From: Syntrophales bacterium
GTDB taxonomy: Bacteria > Desulfobacterota > Syntrophia > Syntrophales > UBA2210
DNA length: 64,000 bases
Assembly (NCBI GenBank): GCA_963662405.2
Contig: CAXXKT010000003.1
Span: 320,001-384,000 of the forward strand
Direction of reading: 5' to 3'
The notes beneath the pieces are model-generated. The model saw nothing but the letters and a program-made list of their open reading frames with translations, was not told the DNA's origin and did not search any database. Positions 31,817 to 43,391 of the stretch are shown here, piece after piece. A program made the translations under genes and the position numbers. Position 1 is the first letter of the stretch, and each line of letters begins with the position of its first letter.

Positions 31817-31945
31817 AACCTCCATTAGCTGCATTGGCAAAGAAAACAAACATCAATTATCGGGAGAAACCGGTTTGTTCGACTCAAATGGGGCGATTCT
31901 CGAAGGTCGAGGTAAAAGCCCTCGAAAAATGAAAGGAGTGCAGTT

Positions 31946-32704
31946 ATGTTAGCCATGTATCCGCTTATCGTCTTGGTTGTTCTGGTCGTCCTGTTCCTCG
32001 CGTCGGCCATCCGGATCCTCAACGAGTATCAACGGGCCGTCATCTTTCGATTGGGGAGGATCATTGCCACAAAGGGACCGGGTCTCATCATCCTGATACC
32101 GATCATCGACAGGATGGTCAGGATCGACATGCGGACGATTACGATGGATATTCCCCCGCAGGACGTCATCACCCGGGACAACGTTTCGATCAAGGTCAAC
32201 GCCGTCATCTATTTCCGGGTCATTAACGCGAACGCCGCCGTGATCGACGTGGAGAATTATCTCTATGCGACGTCGCAGCTCGCCCAGACGACCCTTCGGA
32301 GCGTCTGTGGACAGATGGAACTGGACGAGATTCTTTCAGAGCGGGAGAAGATCAATCTCCAGCTCCAGGAAATTCTGGACCGGAGTACCGCACCCTGGGG
32401 AATCAAGGTTTCTCACGTCGAGGTCAAGCAGATCGATCTGCCCGAGGAGATGAAACGGGCCATTGCCAAACAGGCTGAAGCGGAGAGAGAGCGGCGGGCA
32501 AAGGTGATCAATGCGGAAGGGGAGTTTCAGGCCGCCCAGAAGCTGATCGAAGCGGCGGCGCTCATGGAAACACAGCCCATGTCACTACAGCTTCGCTATC
32601 TTCAGACCTTGAACACGATCGCGGCAGAGAACAACTCCACGGTCCTCTTCCCCATCCCGATCGATCTGTTCAAACCATTCTTGAAGCTGGTCGAGAAGAG
32701 CTGA
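31946..32704 (+). CDS. SPFH/band-7 (slipin) protein
   Basis: [44 protein letters not shown]. Confidence 0.93.
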   Translation: MLAMYPLIVLVVLVVLFLASAIRILNEYQRAVIFRLGRIIATKGPGLIILIPIIDRMVRIDMRTITMDIPPQDVITRDNVSIKVNAVIYFRVINANAAVIDVENYLYATSQLAQTTLRSVCGQMELDEILSEREKINLQLQEILDRSTAPWGIKVSHVEVKQIDLPEEMKRAIAKQAEAERERRAKVINAEGEFQAAQKLIEAAALMETQPMSLQLRYLQTLNTIAAENNSTVLFPIPIDLFKPFLKLVEKS

Positions 32705-32758
32705 ATGCGCATGAAACTGGGAGGGATTGAGACTGTACCGTCCCATCACTCGATTGCC

Positions 32759-32790
32759 CTAGTTCCCGACTAATCGGGAACTAGACAAAA
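32759..32790. terminator. Hairpin/terminator between the SPFH gene and groES
   Basis: ctagttcccga-ctaa-tcgggaactag followed by an A-run. Confidence 0.55.
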
Positions 32791-32961
32791 AAGAGTGTGC
32801 CAAGATGCCGGTAGAACGAATGAAGCTCGCGCCCGTTAACGTCTTTTATCCTCATCATGGCACAAAAAGACGCATACCTCTACGGAGAATTAGTGACTTA
32901 CTCAATATATAAAGTTAGATAAGTGAAAACAAATTATATTAGTAAAAGGGGAGGTTGAAGA

Positions 32962-33252
32962 ATGAAAATCAAACCATTACATGACAGGGTGATTGTGAAG
33001 CGAATCGAAGAAGAGGGAAAGACCAAAGGGGGCATCATTATTCCTGATCACGCCAAAGAGAAGCCCATAGAAGGAATCGTCGTCGCCGTGGGTAAGGGAA
33101 AGACAGCAAAAGCCGGAAAATTAATCAAACCCGATGTTAAAACGGGTGATCGTATTCTTTTCGGAAAGTATTCTGGAACCGAAGTGAAGCTCGACGGTAG
33201 CGATCTTCTGATCATGCGTGAGGATGACATCCTTGGAATAATAGAGGAATGA
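32962..33252 (+). CDS. groES: Co-chaperonin GroES
   Basis: [28 protein letters not shown]. Confidence 0.97.
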   Translation: MKIKPLHDRVIVKRIEEEGKTKGGIIIPDHAKEKPIEGIVVAVGKGKTAKAGKLIKPDVKTGDRILFGKYSGTEVKLDGSDLLIMREDDILGIIEE

Positions 33253-33290
33253 TCATTTGATTATACTGATTATATACGGAGGAACCATAA

Positions 33291-34907
<1,617 letters not shown>

Positions 34908-34948
34908 GTTACATTTGAAAAAATATGTTTTTAAAGGAGTGTGTCAAA

Positions 34949-35293
34949 ATGCGGGTAGAACGAATGAAGGTTGCCCCCGTTACAGTAGCTTATGCAGACG
35001 GGGAGAAGCACAAGCTAATAGTGGAATTCGCAATCCCAGGAGCACCAACGGAGACCATTGATGTCAAGATCCTCAAAGATAGTCTTTATTTATTGGCACC
35101 AGCAAGGGACATTGAATACGTTTCGGCACTGGCTTTGACTTGGCCGGTTAAACCTGACAAGGCCGAGGCGACATATGAGCACGGATTGCTCCGCATTGAG
35201 GTGCCTTTAAAAGATCCAATGGAAGATGCGGTGAAAGTTGCCATTAAGACAGGCCTGATTGAAACTAAGACCGAAAGGATTTCAGCTAAATGA
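34949..35293 (+). CDS. Hsp20/alpha-crystallin family protein
   Basis: EFAIPG...AEATYEHGLLRIEVP. Confidence 0.8.
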   Translation: MRVERMKVAPVTVAYADGEKHKLIVEFAIPGAPTETIDVKILKDSLYLLAPARDIEYVSALALTWPVKPDKAEATYEHGLLRIEVPLKDPMEDAVKVAIKTGLIETKTERISAK

Positions 35294-35617
35294 TCCGCTA
35301 ATGAGTTGGGGTTTTTAACAGAGGAAAAACAAAATTAATATTGAAGCCCTGTCTCATTGGTGATGAAGAACAATATCTTATAATCGACGAGATACAGCGA
35401 TACGCGTATTGAGTCTATTTTACTGGATGTTAACAAAAGGCTGATTATCGGGTCTTCGTGGTGATTTCCGCCCTTATAGGCCGGATCTTGAATGATGGAC
35501 TCCAGCACAAGACAAAACGGCATTCGCGGTTCAAGCCCTTAGTTCGTGAGAACGAAAAAATTCGGGTGAGAAATGCAAAATAACTTTTAGGTGAAGCTAT
35601 TCACAAAGGAGAACGCG

Positions 35618-36055
35618 ATGAGAACCAAAGTGGGTCTGTGGATTGACCATAGGAAGGCTATTGTAGTGACTGTCACGGACAAAGGGGAAGAAATAGGACT
35701 GATAATATCGGTGGTTGAAAAACAGCTCCGCCGTTCTGGCGATTCACCTCTCAAAGGTTCCTATGAATCACAACAGGTACCTGCGGATGATAGCCGTCAG
35801 AGAAATCTTTCGGGGCATCTCAACCTTTATTACGATGCGGTAATTACGGGCATTGGTGATGCGGAATCCATTCTGATATTTGGTCCTGGTGAGGCAAAAG
35901 GCGAACTGAAGAAACGTCTTGAAAAAAGCAAACTGGGTAAAAATATCGCAGGTATTGAGACAGTTGACAAGATGACGAATCGCCAAATTGCGGCGAAGGT
36001 TCGACAGCACTATTCGTTAATAGAGTCGAAACGTAATCACCTAACATGTGCTTAG
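35618..36055 (+). CDS. Conserved hypothetical, eRF1/host-attachment-like fold suspected
   Basis: GLWIDHRKA...ILIFGPGEAKGEL...DKMTNRQIAAKVR; RBS aggag. Confidence 0.65.
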   Translation: MRTKVGLWIDHRKAIVVTVTDKGEEIGLIISVVEKQLRRSGDSPLKGSYESQQVPADDSRQRNLSGHLNLYYDAVITGIGDAESILIFGPGEAKGELKKRLEKSKLGKNIAGIETVDKMTNRQIAAKVRQHYSLIESKRNHLTCA

Positions 36056-36589
36056 GGCGGAAGATCACGCAAAACTACAGGCACCCATAAAAGGACAGAG
36101 AATCGTGGGGCGAGTTCATGAGGAAAAGTCATTCATATGAAAAGATCGTTGGGGGTTAGATAATGAATTTCCATATGATGATCATTGAAAAGCTTTCGAC
36201 TTGCTTGGCTTCCACGCGGATCTTTCAGTCACAGATCAAAATGTCTTTGCCGTTGATGGAAATTAATACTATCTGGCTGTGGGCAATGGTTGCATTTAAA
36301 CTCTGCTATCGGAATGATGCTATTTGTTGTCACCTGGCTGACACTTTGGGCAAGGCAACTGGTAAAAAATGGATTTGACAGATTAGGCTATTATAATAAC
36401 AAAAAATCACGCTGATAAGAGTCTGACAGCGGGAAAAAGAAAAACGCAACGGGAGACAAGAAAGATAAGGAAAAGAGTTAGAAACAAAAATAAAAAACAA
36501 GTCTTGATAAGCACCCAACAGGAAAGCCTTGATAGAAATCACGGTAATGCGATTAAAAGCATTTTTTGTGGGACGTATCATCTGTGCAG

Positions 36590-37137
36590 AATGAATCTCC
36601 ACGCCCTTACGGACGTGGTATCTTATAATTCAAGCTCCGCTTGTCCTGTATCTTCTTCCCCCTGCATCTCAACATATTTCCGAATAATCTTCTCGTTAAT
36701 TCCAACTGTTGAGACGAAAAATCCTTTTCCCCATATTCCCCGCTTATCCCAATATATCTTACTCAAAAAACCAAATTTCGCCTTTAACGCTCCGCTCGTG
36801 TTTGCCTTGATGATATCCACCACTTCACTCACTGAATATCTCGGCGGTATCACCATGTGTATGTGAACATGATCAACATCAATCCCTATCGCTGTACTCC
36901 CACTCAGGATAATACTTCCGCACCTCGCGAAATTTGGTCTCCAAATACTGGCGAACTCCCTTGATAAGGATTTTTCGCCTAAATCTCGTGATCCACACTA
37001 TATGGTACTGCGTCCGGTAAACTGTATGTGCTGACTTCCTCAGTTTCATACAGCCTCTATATCAAAGTGCCCCCAGAAGATACAGGATACGGCTCTCACC
37101 CCCGCCCTCACGGACGGGGAACTCCCGCTAAATTAGA
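36590..37137 (-). mobile_element. tnpA: IS200-family element with frameshifted tnpA (36623-37049)
   Basis: MKLRKSAHTVYRTQYHIVWITRFRR..., frameshift near 36890, DHVH, IPPRYSVS, WGKGFF, YVEMQ; terminal hairpins. Confidence 0.88.
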
Positions 37138-37143
37138 ATTTTG

Positions 37144-37321
37144 TAACGACGCGTAAAAGGGAACAGAAATGCTGCCATGTTAAAAGAAACCGCCGTTGGA
37201 AGATTTAAAGGATAAGGTCCGTGCACTATTTGCTCCTGTGGGCATAGAAAACAAGAAGGGCGCCTTGCCCCCCAAGACGCATTTCAGCATCTGGTATTTC
37301 CTGATTACCTTTCCATTAATT
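37144..37321 (+). pseudogene. Truncated duplicate of the ftsH 5' end
   Basis: Aligns to 14221-14396 and stops at the 72-bp repeat. Confidence 0.9.
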
Positions 37322-37386
37322 TTGGGACACTACTGATAATGAATGTCATCTTAATATTAGCATCTGGGTTGCCGGCCTGTAGCGCC
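37315..37386 (+). repeat. 72-bp direct repeat, copy 2
   Basis: Matches 8504-8575. Confidence 0.92.
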
Positions 37387-37594
37387 TATGCCTCCAAACA
37401 AATAATCAACGAAAACTTTAAATACTCATAATATCAATAGATTGTAAGAATTGCGGACAGGCTGAAAATAATGAAAAGAGCTTGTTTTGTGTCCATGGGT
37501 GTATCCACGCATGTCTTTCCCATGAAACAAAAACCTATATCACTCCGCTAATCAAACAGAAGATCAAAACAATAACTCATCGGGCAGGTTTCTC

Positions 37595-38353
37595 ATGAAA
37601 CAGCATACCATTGCCATTATCAATCAGAAGGGAGGTGTCGGAAAGACCACCACCTCAATAAACCTTGGTCATGGCCTTGCCATGCTCGGGAAGAGAGTTC
37701 TTCTTATTGACCTTGACCCTCAGGCGCATTCAACCATTGTGCTTGCCATTGATCAGGATTTCCGCTCCGGAACGATTGGGGATGTGTTGCTACACAGGAA
37801 AGACATCCACAATATCGTTACCAAAACCTGCATTGACAATCTCGATCTGGCGCCATCAGGTATTGATCTCGATAAGACGGAACAACTGCTCGTGCCTGAG
37901 ATGTTCAGGGAAACACGGCTTTCCAAGGCTCTTTGCGGCCTGGATTACGAGTTTATCATCATTGATTGCCGTCCTACCTTGGGAATCTTGTCCATCAATG
38001 CCCTTTATGCAAGCAATACGGTGTTGATCCCCTGTGAGATGTCCCGCTTTTCTCTCGAAGGGTTTGCAGACCTTCTGAACACAATCAAGATCCTGAAGAA
38101 AGACGACTATGACAACAATCAATGCGGCATGAGGATTCTGTTATGTAAATTCGACTCCCGTAAAGCGATCGGCAATGAGTGGACCCTCAAACAGCTGGAG
38201 CCGTACCGGACCCTGCTGCTCAAAACCCGGATCAGACAATGCGAGGGCCTGAATCAGGCCCATATGGCCAAAGAATCCATCTTTACCTTCAAACCAAAAA
38301 GTCACGGTGCCGAAGACTACATGGATCTGGCCAGGGAGTTTATAGGCACATGA
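37595..38353 (+). CDS. parA: ParA/Soj-family partition ATPase
   Basis: NQKGGVGKTT, LIDLDPQ, IIDCRP. Confidence 0.93.
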   Translation: MKQHTIAIINQKGGVGKTTTSINLGHGLAMLGKRVLLIDLDPQAHSTIVLAIDQDFRSGTIGDVLLHRKDIHNIVTKTCIDNLDLAPSGIDLDKTEQLLVPEMFRETRLSKALCGLDYEFIIIDCRPTLGILSINALYASNTVLIPCEMSRFSLEGFADLLNTIKILKKDDYDNNQCGMRILLCKFDSRKAIGNEWTLKQLEPYRTLLLKTRIRQCEGLNQAHMAKESIFTFKPKSHGAEDYMDLAREFIGT

Positions 38354-39219
38354 ACTCAGCCCGAAAGAAATTAAGCGACAACGCCACACGACTGGCGGAC
38401 ATGCCTGAAAAAGTAGGAGATCATCCAGCCATGCACAGGGATGACCCTGACGGAGGGTTCTTTTACGTTGATCTTTCATTGATCTCTATCGACCCGACCC
38501 AGCCGCGGAAACACTTCGATCCGGATTCACTCGCCAATCTCTGCGAGTCCATCAAAAGTAAGGGGGTTCTCCAGCCGGTAATCATCCGCAAAGACGCCGA
38601 TGACAGAATCTGGCTGGTTGCGGGAGAACGACGCTACAGGGCTGCATGTATGGCAGGACTTGATAGAATTCCGGCAATTCTTACTACGGGGAATCCTCAC
38701 GAAATCGCCCTTATCGAGAACCTGCAGCGCGAGGACCTGAAGCCGATCGAAGAAGCCGAGGCCCTGGAGCGTCTTGCCGCCGATTATCGATACACACACG
38801 AAGAACTCTCGACGATCATTGCCAAGGCCCGTTCCACCATCACGGAAATCCTCAGCCTGACCAGGCTTCCGGAAACAATAAAAGCAGAATGCCGCACGTC
38901 GAATACATATCCGCGCCGTCTTCTCGTAGAAATCGCCAAATGCAACAATGAAGACGATATGGTGCTCCTTTTCGAAAAGGTTAAAAAGGACGCGCTCAAG
39001 AGCTCCCAGCTCCGGCCGTTAACGAGAAGAACGCCTGACAGCCGGAAAGCCACTGCCGTTTACGCCATTATTCGAAAGGCGAAAAGTCTTTCCCGTACGT
39101 TTGATACCTTGAGTCTGGACATTGCCAGTGAAGAAGAGAAGGGGCAGTTACATGACGAGTTGATCAAGCTCGAACAGCGGCTCGCCGACATCCTTGCCAT
39201 TGTCGGCGCGCCGACATAA
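38350..39219 (+). CDS. parB: ParB/Spo0J-family partition protein
   Basis: QPRKHF, GVLQP, AGERRYRA, ENLQREDL, HTH; ATGA overlap with parA. Confidence 0.93.
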   Translation: MNSARKKLSDNATRLADMPEKVGDHPAMHRDDPDGGFFYVDLSLISIDPTQPRKHFDPDSLANLCESIKSKGVLQPVIIRKDADDRIWLVAGERRYRAACMAGLDRIPAILTTGNPHEIALIENLQREDLKPIEEAEALERLAADYRYTHEELSTIIAKARSTITEILSLTRLPETIKAECRTSNTYPRRLLVEIAKCNNEDDMVLLFEKVKKDALKSSQLRPLTRRTPDSRKATAVYAIIRKAKSLSRTFDTLSLDIASEEEKGQLHDELIKLEQRLADILAIVGAPT

Positions 39220-39275
39220 GAAATGGTGCTATCGAGGTCATTGCAGGCACAACATCGTATCGGAAAATACTCGAT

Positions 39276-40202
39276 ATGAGCAAAACATCTTCTCCCAGAA
39301 CCAATATGCTTCCTCAACATGACATGGCCCTGCTTTCTACCATCGGTGAGTATCGGGTGGTGACCGTACGGCAATTGGCTGCCATCAGCGAACGAAGCTG
39401 CCAGGTTGTCCGACGCAGAATACGATCACTGGAAGATCAGGGGCTGATCATCAAAAAGCCTTTTGGCTATGGCAAGCATCAGGGGCGCCCCGAAGAAATC
39501 ATATATCTCTCAAGTAAGGGTATACATGTCTTGTCTGAACAGGGGCTTTTTTCGATGTCTATCAACTGTCGGCTGGATATCAGCAATCATCATATCGATC
39601 ATGAGCTGCTCGCCAACTGGTTTTACATCCACTGGAAATATATGGAGAGGGTTATCCCGCATCTGACGTTTACCTATGTATCATCGCAGACACCCTCGGC
39701 TGGACTCAGCAGTCTCCTGAGGATCTCAATTCCCGGAAATGAACCGGGCAGAAATCTGCTCATCATCCCGGATGGCATCCTTATAGTGAAAGACAAAGAA
39801 AAGGGCAAAGCGCTCCTGTTTTTTCTGGAAGTTGACATGGATAGTGAAACCATGTCCGGAAGAAAACAAAACACCAATACCATCCAGCATAAGATCCTGT
39901 GTTACCGGGAACTCTTCAGGCAGCGGCGCTACAAGAGTTTTGAAAAGACCTTTGACGCCACGTTGAACGGATTCCGAGTACTCTTTCTCGCCGCTACGGA
40001 CACCCGGGTGGCTTCCCTGTGTCGCTTTGTTCGAACGTTCCCCAATACGGACTTCATCTGGTTGGCCGATCAGTCGCAGATGTTCGAATGCGGCCTCTCA
40101 TCTAATATCTGGGTTCGAGGAGGAAAATACGAGGAACATCGAGAATCCATTCTCGGATCGAACCTTTCCATAGAAGCACCCCTCATGACGCATATCCGAT
40201 GA
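39276..40202 (+). CDS. Replication-relaxation family protein
   Basis: N-terminal wHTH, HHIDHELL, IIPDG, FFLEVDMDSE, GFRVLF. Confidence 0.75.
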   Translation: MSKTSSPRTNMLPQHDMALLSTIGEYRVVTVRQLAAISERSCQVVRRRIRSLEDQGLIIKKPFGYGKHQGRPEEIIYLSSKGIHVLSEQGLFSMSINCRLDISNHHIDHELLANWFYIHWKYMERVIPHLTFTYVSSQTPSAGLSSLLRISIPGNEPGRNLLIIPDGILIVKDKEKGKALLFFLEVDMDSETMSGRKQNTNTIQHKILCYRELFRQRRYKSFEKTFDATLNGFRVLFLAATDTRVASLCRFVRTFPNTDFIWLADQSQMFECGLSSNIWVRGGKYEEHRESILGSNLSIEAPLMTHIR

Positions 40203-40440
40203 ATGTTTCTCGTATCGAGATTGAATATACCCGCCAATAGTACCTCTCAGCGCAAACGATATGCCCTCCAGGGGGTGTAACAAAAACATGGTCAGAGTGT
40301 AATAAAAGTGCTTCAATCCCCAATCATTATGGTATACCCAATCCGAGATTATCCTTCCGTATATCGGAGGGTTGCCACGTATAACAAAAGTCGACTAATG
40401 ATAAATATACTAAAACAATTCTCTGTCTGCCTCTCGTTAT

Positions 40441-40923
40441 TCAATAGCGTTTCCCTGAACGATGCCCATAGACGGATTTGTTTCCCCTTCTTTGATAAGG
40501 AACGGATTGCCGTTGCGACCAGTACGGTTTGGATTTGAGATTGTTGTAACGGCGAAGTGTGAACTTCTCCAGCTCATTCATGATGTACTTCTGCCAATCA
40601 TTACTGAAGGTCCAGGGGTACACAGGAATCACATCCATACCCATCTGTTCATAGGTGGAGAGTTTCATCCTTGTTCCTTCATCGTAGCTTTTCTTTCCGG
40701 TCATTCCAAAGTATTCAATGTATGATGCGAACTCAGGGAGATGGAAATCAGGATACCAGATACGTGTTTTTTCATATGGGGTTTGTACTAGAATTCCGGG
40801 TTCGTATTGGTAACGGATCGAGTTGTCATCCAGAAAGTAAGCGATTTTCCGTTCTCCTTCCGATTTGAAATGTACTCTGTTCGGGCTTAATACTCCTTCC
40901 AGACCATCACGCATATCATTCAC
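40441..40923 (-). CDS. PD-(D/E)XK-like nuclease domain protein
   Basis: KSEGERKIA...YQYEP...YPDFHL...IEYFG. Confidence 0.65.
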   Translation of the reverse strand: MNDMRDGLEGVLSPNRVHFKSEGERKIAYFLDDNSIRYQYEPGILVQTPYEKTRIWYPDFHLPEFASYIEYFGMTGKKSYDEGTRMKLSTYEQMGMDVIPVYPWTFSNDWQKYIMNELEKFTLRRYNNLKSKPYWSQRQSVPYQRRGNKSVYGHRSGKRY

Positions 40924-41301
40924 CGAGGCATCGAAACGGGAAGGATCCTTATAAATCCGAGCGACTACCTATACGTGACGAAAAAAAGCACATCAGACTT
41001 CTATGATCGTTCCATGGAATCTCCAAGAACACTGGATCAGCTGGGTTTCAAATGTTTTGATACGTATTGACCCCATACCGCCTAGTAAAGGGGATCGGCG
41101 TCGAGACGTGGCCCCAAAGCGTCGCTGCACGGGATCCCCACCCACCCTCCCCACGGGACAAGTGGGTTTTCTTCACGCCTAAAGCTTTAAAAAGGAGTTT
41201 GCTCCGGGCGCAAACTCCTCATTTTAAATCTTTCCCCCTTCGGGGTCGGCTAAAAACCGACTGATTGGATCCCTGGGAGCGGCACGGTTCTTCCGCAACG
41301 A

Positions 41302-41337
41302 GCTCACTCTCTGTTTCCCAACGAACAGAGAGTGAGC
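41302..41337. repeat. Inverted-repeat element, copy 1
   Basis: GCTCACTCTCTGTT-N8-AACAGAGAGTGAGC. Confidence 0.9.
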
Positions 41338-41362
41338 AAAGACTTACTCCACAGGTGTTACA

Positions 41363-41941
41363 ATGTATGGAAGACAGAAAGCAGCATATGAAAACAGCAT
41401 ACCGGTAGAAGAATTGCCGGTAAGAGCGGGCCTGACGGTCATCAGAACCAACGACCCGGACTTTGGCCTGAGCGAAGACGAAATCTCAGACAGAAACGAG
41501 TTCATTCACTGCTACCTTATGAGAGAATTTGAGCTCCTTGTCATGATCCCTTTCCCTAAGCCTGACAGCGATTTCTTTTTTCCCGATTGCTACGTTACGG
41601 ATGATGCCTACAGCGCGTTCAACACCGTAGACTTCGAGATGACCGTCAGGCCCTTTGATCGATATGGATACGCGATCAAGAAGATGATGGAGCGCGTAAA
41701 AGACCTGGCGATGCTGCATTCCGCTGTCTACCGCGCAGAAAGCAGGCAGAACCTTGCCCGGAGATTCGAGTTCTTTGTTGATTATGAGTTCCGAGATCCT
41801 TTGTTGCGCTACGTCGACCGGTTCAAATCGTCAGGGACCGAAGCACAGAAGGAACATTGCAAAAAGAAGATCGGCGAGATGAATCGCAGGATTCTCGAAG
41901 CAAAAAGAATATGGGAGCGTTACGCTCCCTGGGACACGTAA
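41363..41941 (+). CDS. Hypothetical protein
   Basis: 192-aa ORF with RBS aggtg. Confidence 0.7.
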   Translation: MYGRQKAAYENSIPVEELPVRAGLTVIRTNDPDFGLSEDEISDRNEFIHCYLMREFELLVMIPFPKPDSDFFFPDCYVTDDAYSAFNTVDFEMTVRPFDRYGYAIKKMMERVKDLAMLHSAVYRAESRQNLARRFEFFVDYEFRDPLLRYVDRFKSSGTEAQKEHCKKKIGEMNRRILEAKRIWERYAPWDT

Positions 41942-42029
41942 GCATTTTCCAAGTGGAACTTTCCTGTCCCGGGGCAGGGGAAACGGCTCTCTTTAAATAA
42001 TTTTCGCTTCTATTCTCCCTCCCCACAGA

Positions 42030-42060
42030 TCACTCTCTGTTTTCATCGAACAGAGAGTGA
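42030..42060. repeat. Inverted-repeat element, copy 2
   Basis: TCACTCTCTGTT-N7-AACAGAGAGTGA. Confidence 0.9.
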
Positions 42061-42082
42061 GTGTAAGAACTTTCTCTAGGAG

Positions 42083-42319
42083 GTGAATGTAATGGCAGAC
42101 ATCAAAGCATCGGATGAATTCAAAGTAACAGGGCCTCAGATGCTTCCCGTGGTAACCTTGAGTGATGGAAAAACCTATTTTATAGACGCACGACTGCATC
42201 AACTTCGAAATGTCAACAATCCCTCTGATTTCATTGCTGACTACATGAATGTCCTTAACGATATTGACAAGGTCAGGGTGAATCGTTGTAAGCGGCAGCT
42301 TGCAGTGTTGGGCACTTGA
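42083..42319 (+). CDS. Small hypothetical protein
   Basis: RBS aggagg; YFIDARLHQLRNVNNPSDFI. Confidence 0.65.
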   Translation: MNVMADIKASDEFKVTGPQMLPVVTLSDGKTYFIDARLHQLRNVNNPSDFIADYMNVLNDIDKVRVNRCKRQLAVLGT

Positions 42320-42445
42320 GATCATGATTTGAAAATGTGCTCCCTATTTTTCTCAATACGATAGTGGCTTTAAAATGATTTTCATTCCATAAGGGATCTA
42401 TTCAAATAGAATCCCTTATGGGAAAACTGAAACGAGGTGAAAGAC

Positions 42446-42712
42446 ATGGCAAAACCAGAGAAGAGTTTTAGATGCGGCGGTTGCGAAACGGCAATCTTCG
42501 GAAACGAGATTTTCAAGGGAGGGAAAACCGTGATCATTAAAAAGGTTGCCTTCCAGAAGCGGTACAAAAATGCCGAAGGAGAATGGAAATCTACCAACAG
42601 TCTTGATGTGAACGAAATACCCAAAGCCATTTTGGCTTTATACAAGGCCTATGAGTACGTATGCTCCTACAATGGCGGCGACAGTGAAAGAGACAGCACT
42701 TGTGGGGAATAG
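42446..42712 (+). CDS. Small basic beta-rich protein, possible ssDNA-binding
   Basis: KRYKNAEGEWKSTNSL..NEIPKAILALYKAYEY. Confidence 0.6.
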   Translation: MAKPEKSFRCGGCETAIFGNEIFKGGKTVIIKKVAFQKRYKNAEGEWKSTNSLDVNEIPKAILALYKAYEYVCSYNGGDSERDSTCGE

Positions 42713-42875
42713 ATCGATTGTCTTTTTTTATGTTGTTGTTCAATTCGACTTAGCTGGCAACGGGTCATCTCAGAAAAAATGGGAGGGAGTAGTTTAATGC
42801 CGTCCTTACCGGACAGAAAGGAGGCCAAGACACTTAGGAATGACATTCGACGACCATAGCACATCTCATTTCATA

Positions 42876-43391
42876 TCACTCCGTAAATTCTACTTTTACC
42901 CCTTTGAGATGTGTCTGCTGTTCATCGCGATCTTTTTCACCTTCCGATCGCTCATTTTCCTGCTCGTCCCGCAACCTGTCAACAGCTTCTTTCCCTTGTT
43001 CTGCTGCCACTTTCGAATTTTCTAATTCTCCTTGGGCGGTATCGGTGGTCAGTTTTCTGCGATCGATACGATCTATATCTTCTGCCACACCATCACTTCT
43101 TTCTTCAAGCTCTTGCTCATGTTCTTTTTGGGGAGTAAACACATTTTCAATGGCATCTTCATTCTGTTCTTCAAATCGATCATCAGTAGCTTCTCCTGCT
43201 GACGTGACATTATGCCTGATTTGCTCTCCTGCTTCCGAAAATCCCGGAAACTCCAGTTCTGAGGCAAGTTCGCTTATAGATTCCTTATCTTCAACGGTCA
43301 GATCTCTTTCATTTTTTTTGATATCACGCATTTCCTTGTACGTATCTTTCCGCTCTCGCGCTTCCCTTTCCTCTATCTCTTTCAGGGTCAT
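42876..43391 (-). CDS. Acidic all-helical/coiled-coil protein
   Basis: E/D/K/R-rich 171 aa; start overlaps the ATPase stop. Confidence 0.75.
   Translation of the reverse strand: MTLKEIEEREARERKDTYKEMRDIKKNERDLTVEDKESISELASELEFPGFSEAGEQIRHNVTSAGEATDDRFEEQNEDAIENVFTPQKEHEQELEERSDGVAEDIDRIDRRKLTTDTAQGELENSKVAAEQGKEAVDRLRDEQENERSEGEKDRDEQQTHLKGVKVEFTE

Noticed and set aside
32850..32960. CIRCE element or sigma-54 promoter before groES
   Set aside because: No TTAGCACTC-N9-GAGTGCTAA; TGGCAC at 32858 has GC spacing off by one.
38179..38349. N-terminal extension of ParB given in the ORF track
   Set aside because: It overlaps parA; the ATGA-coupled start at 38350 is more plausible.
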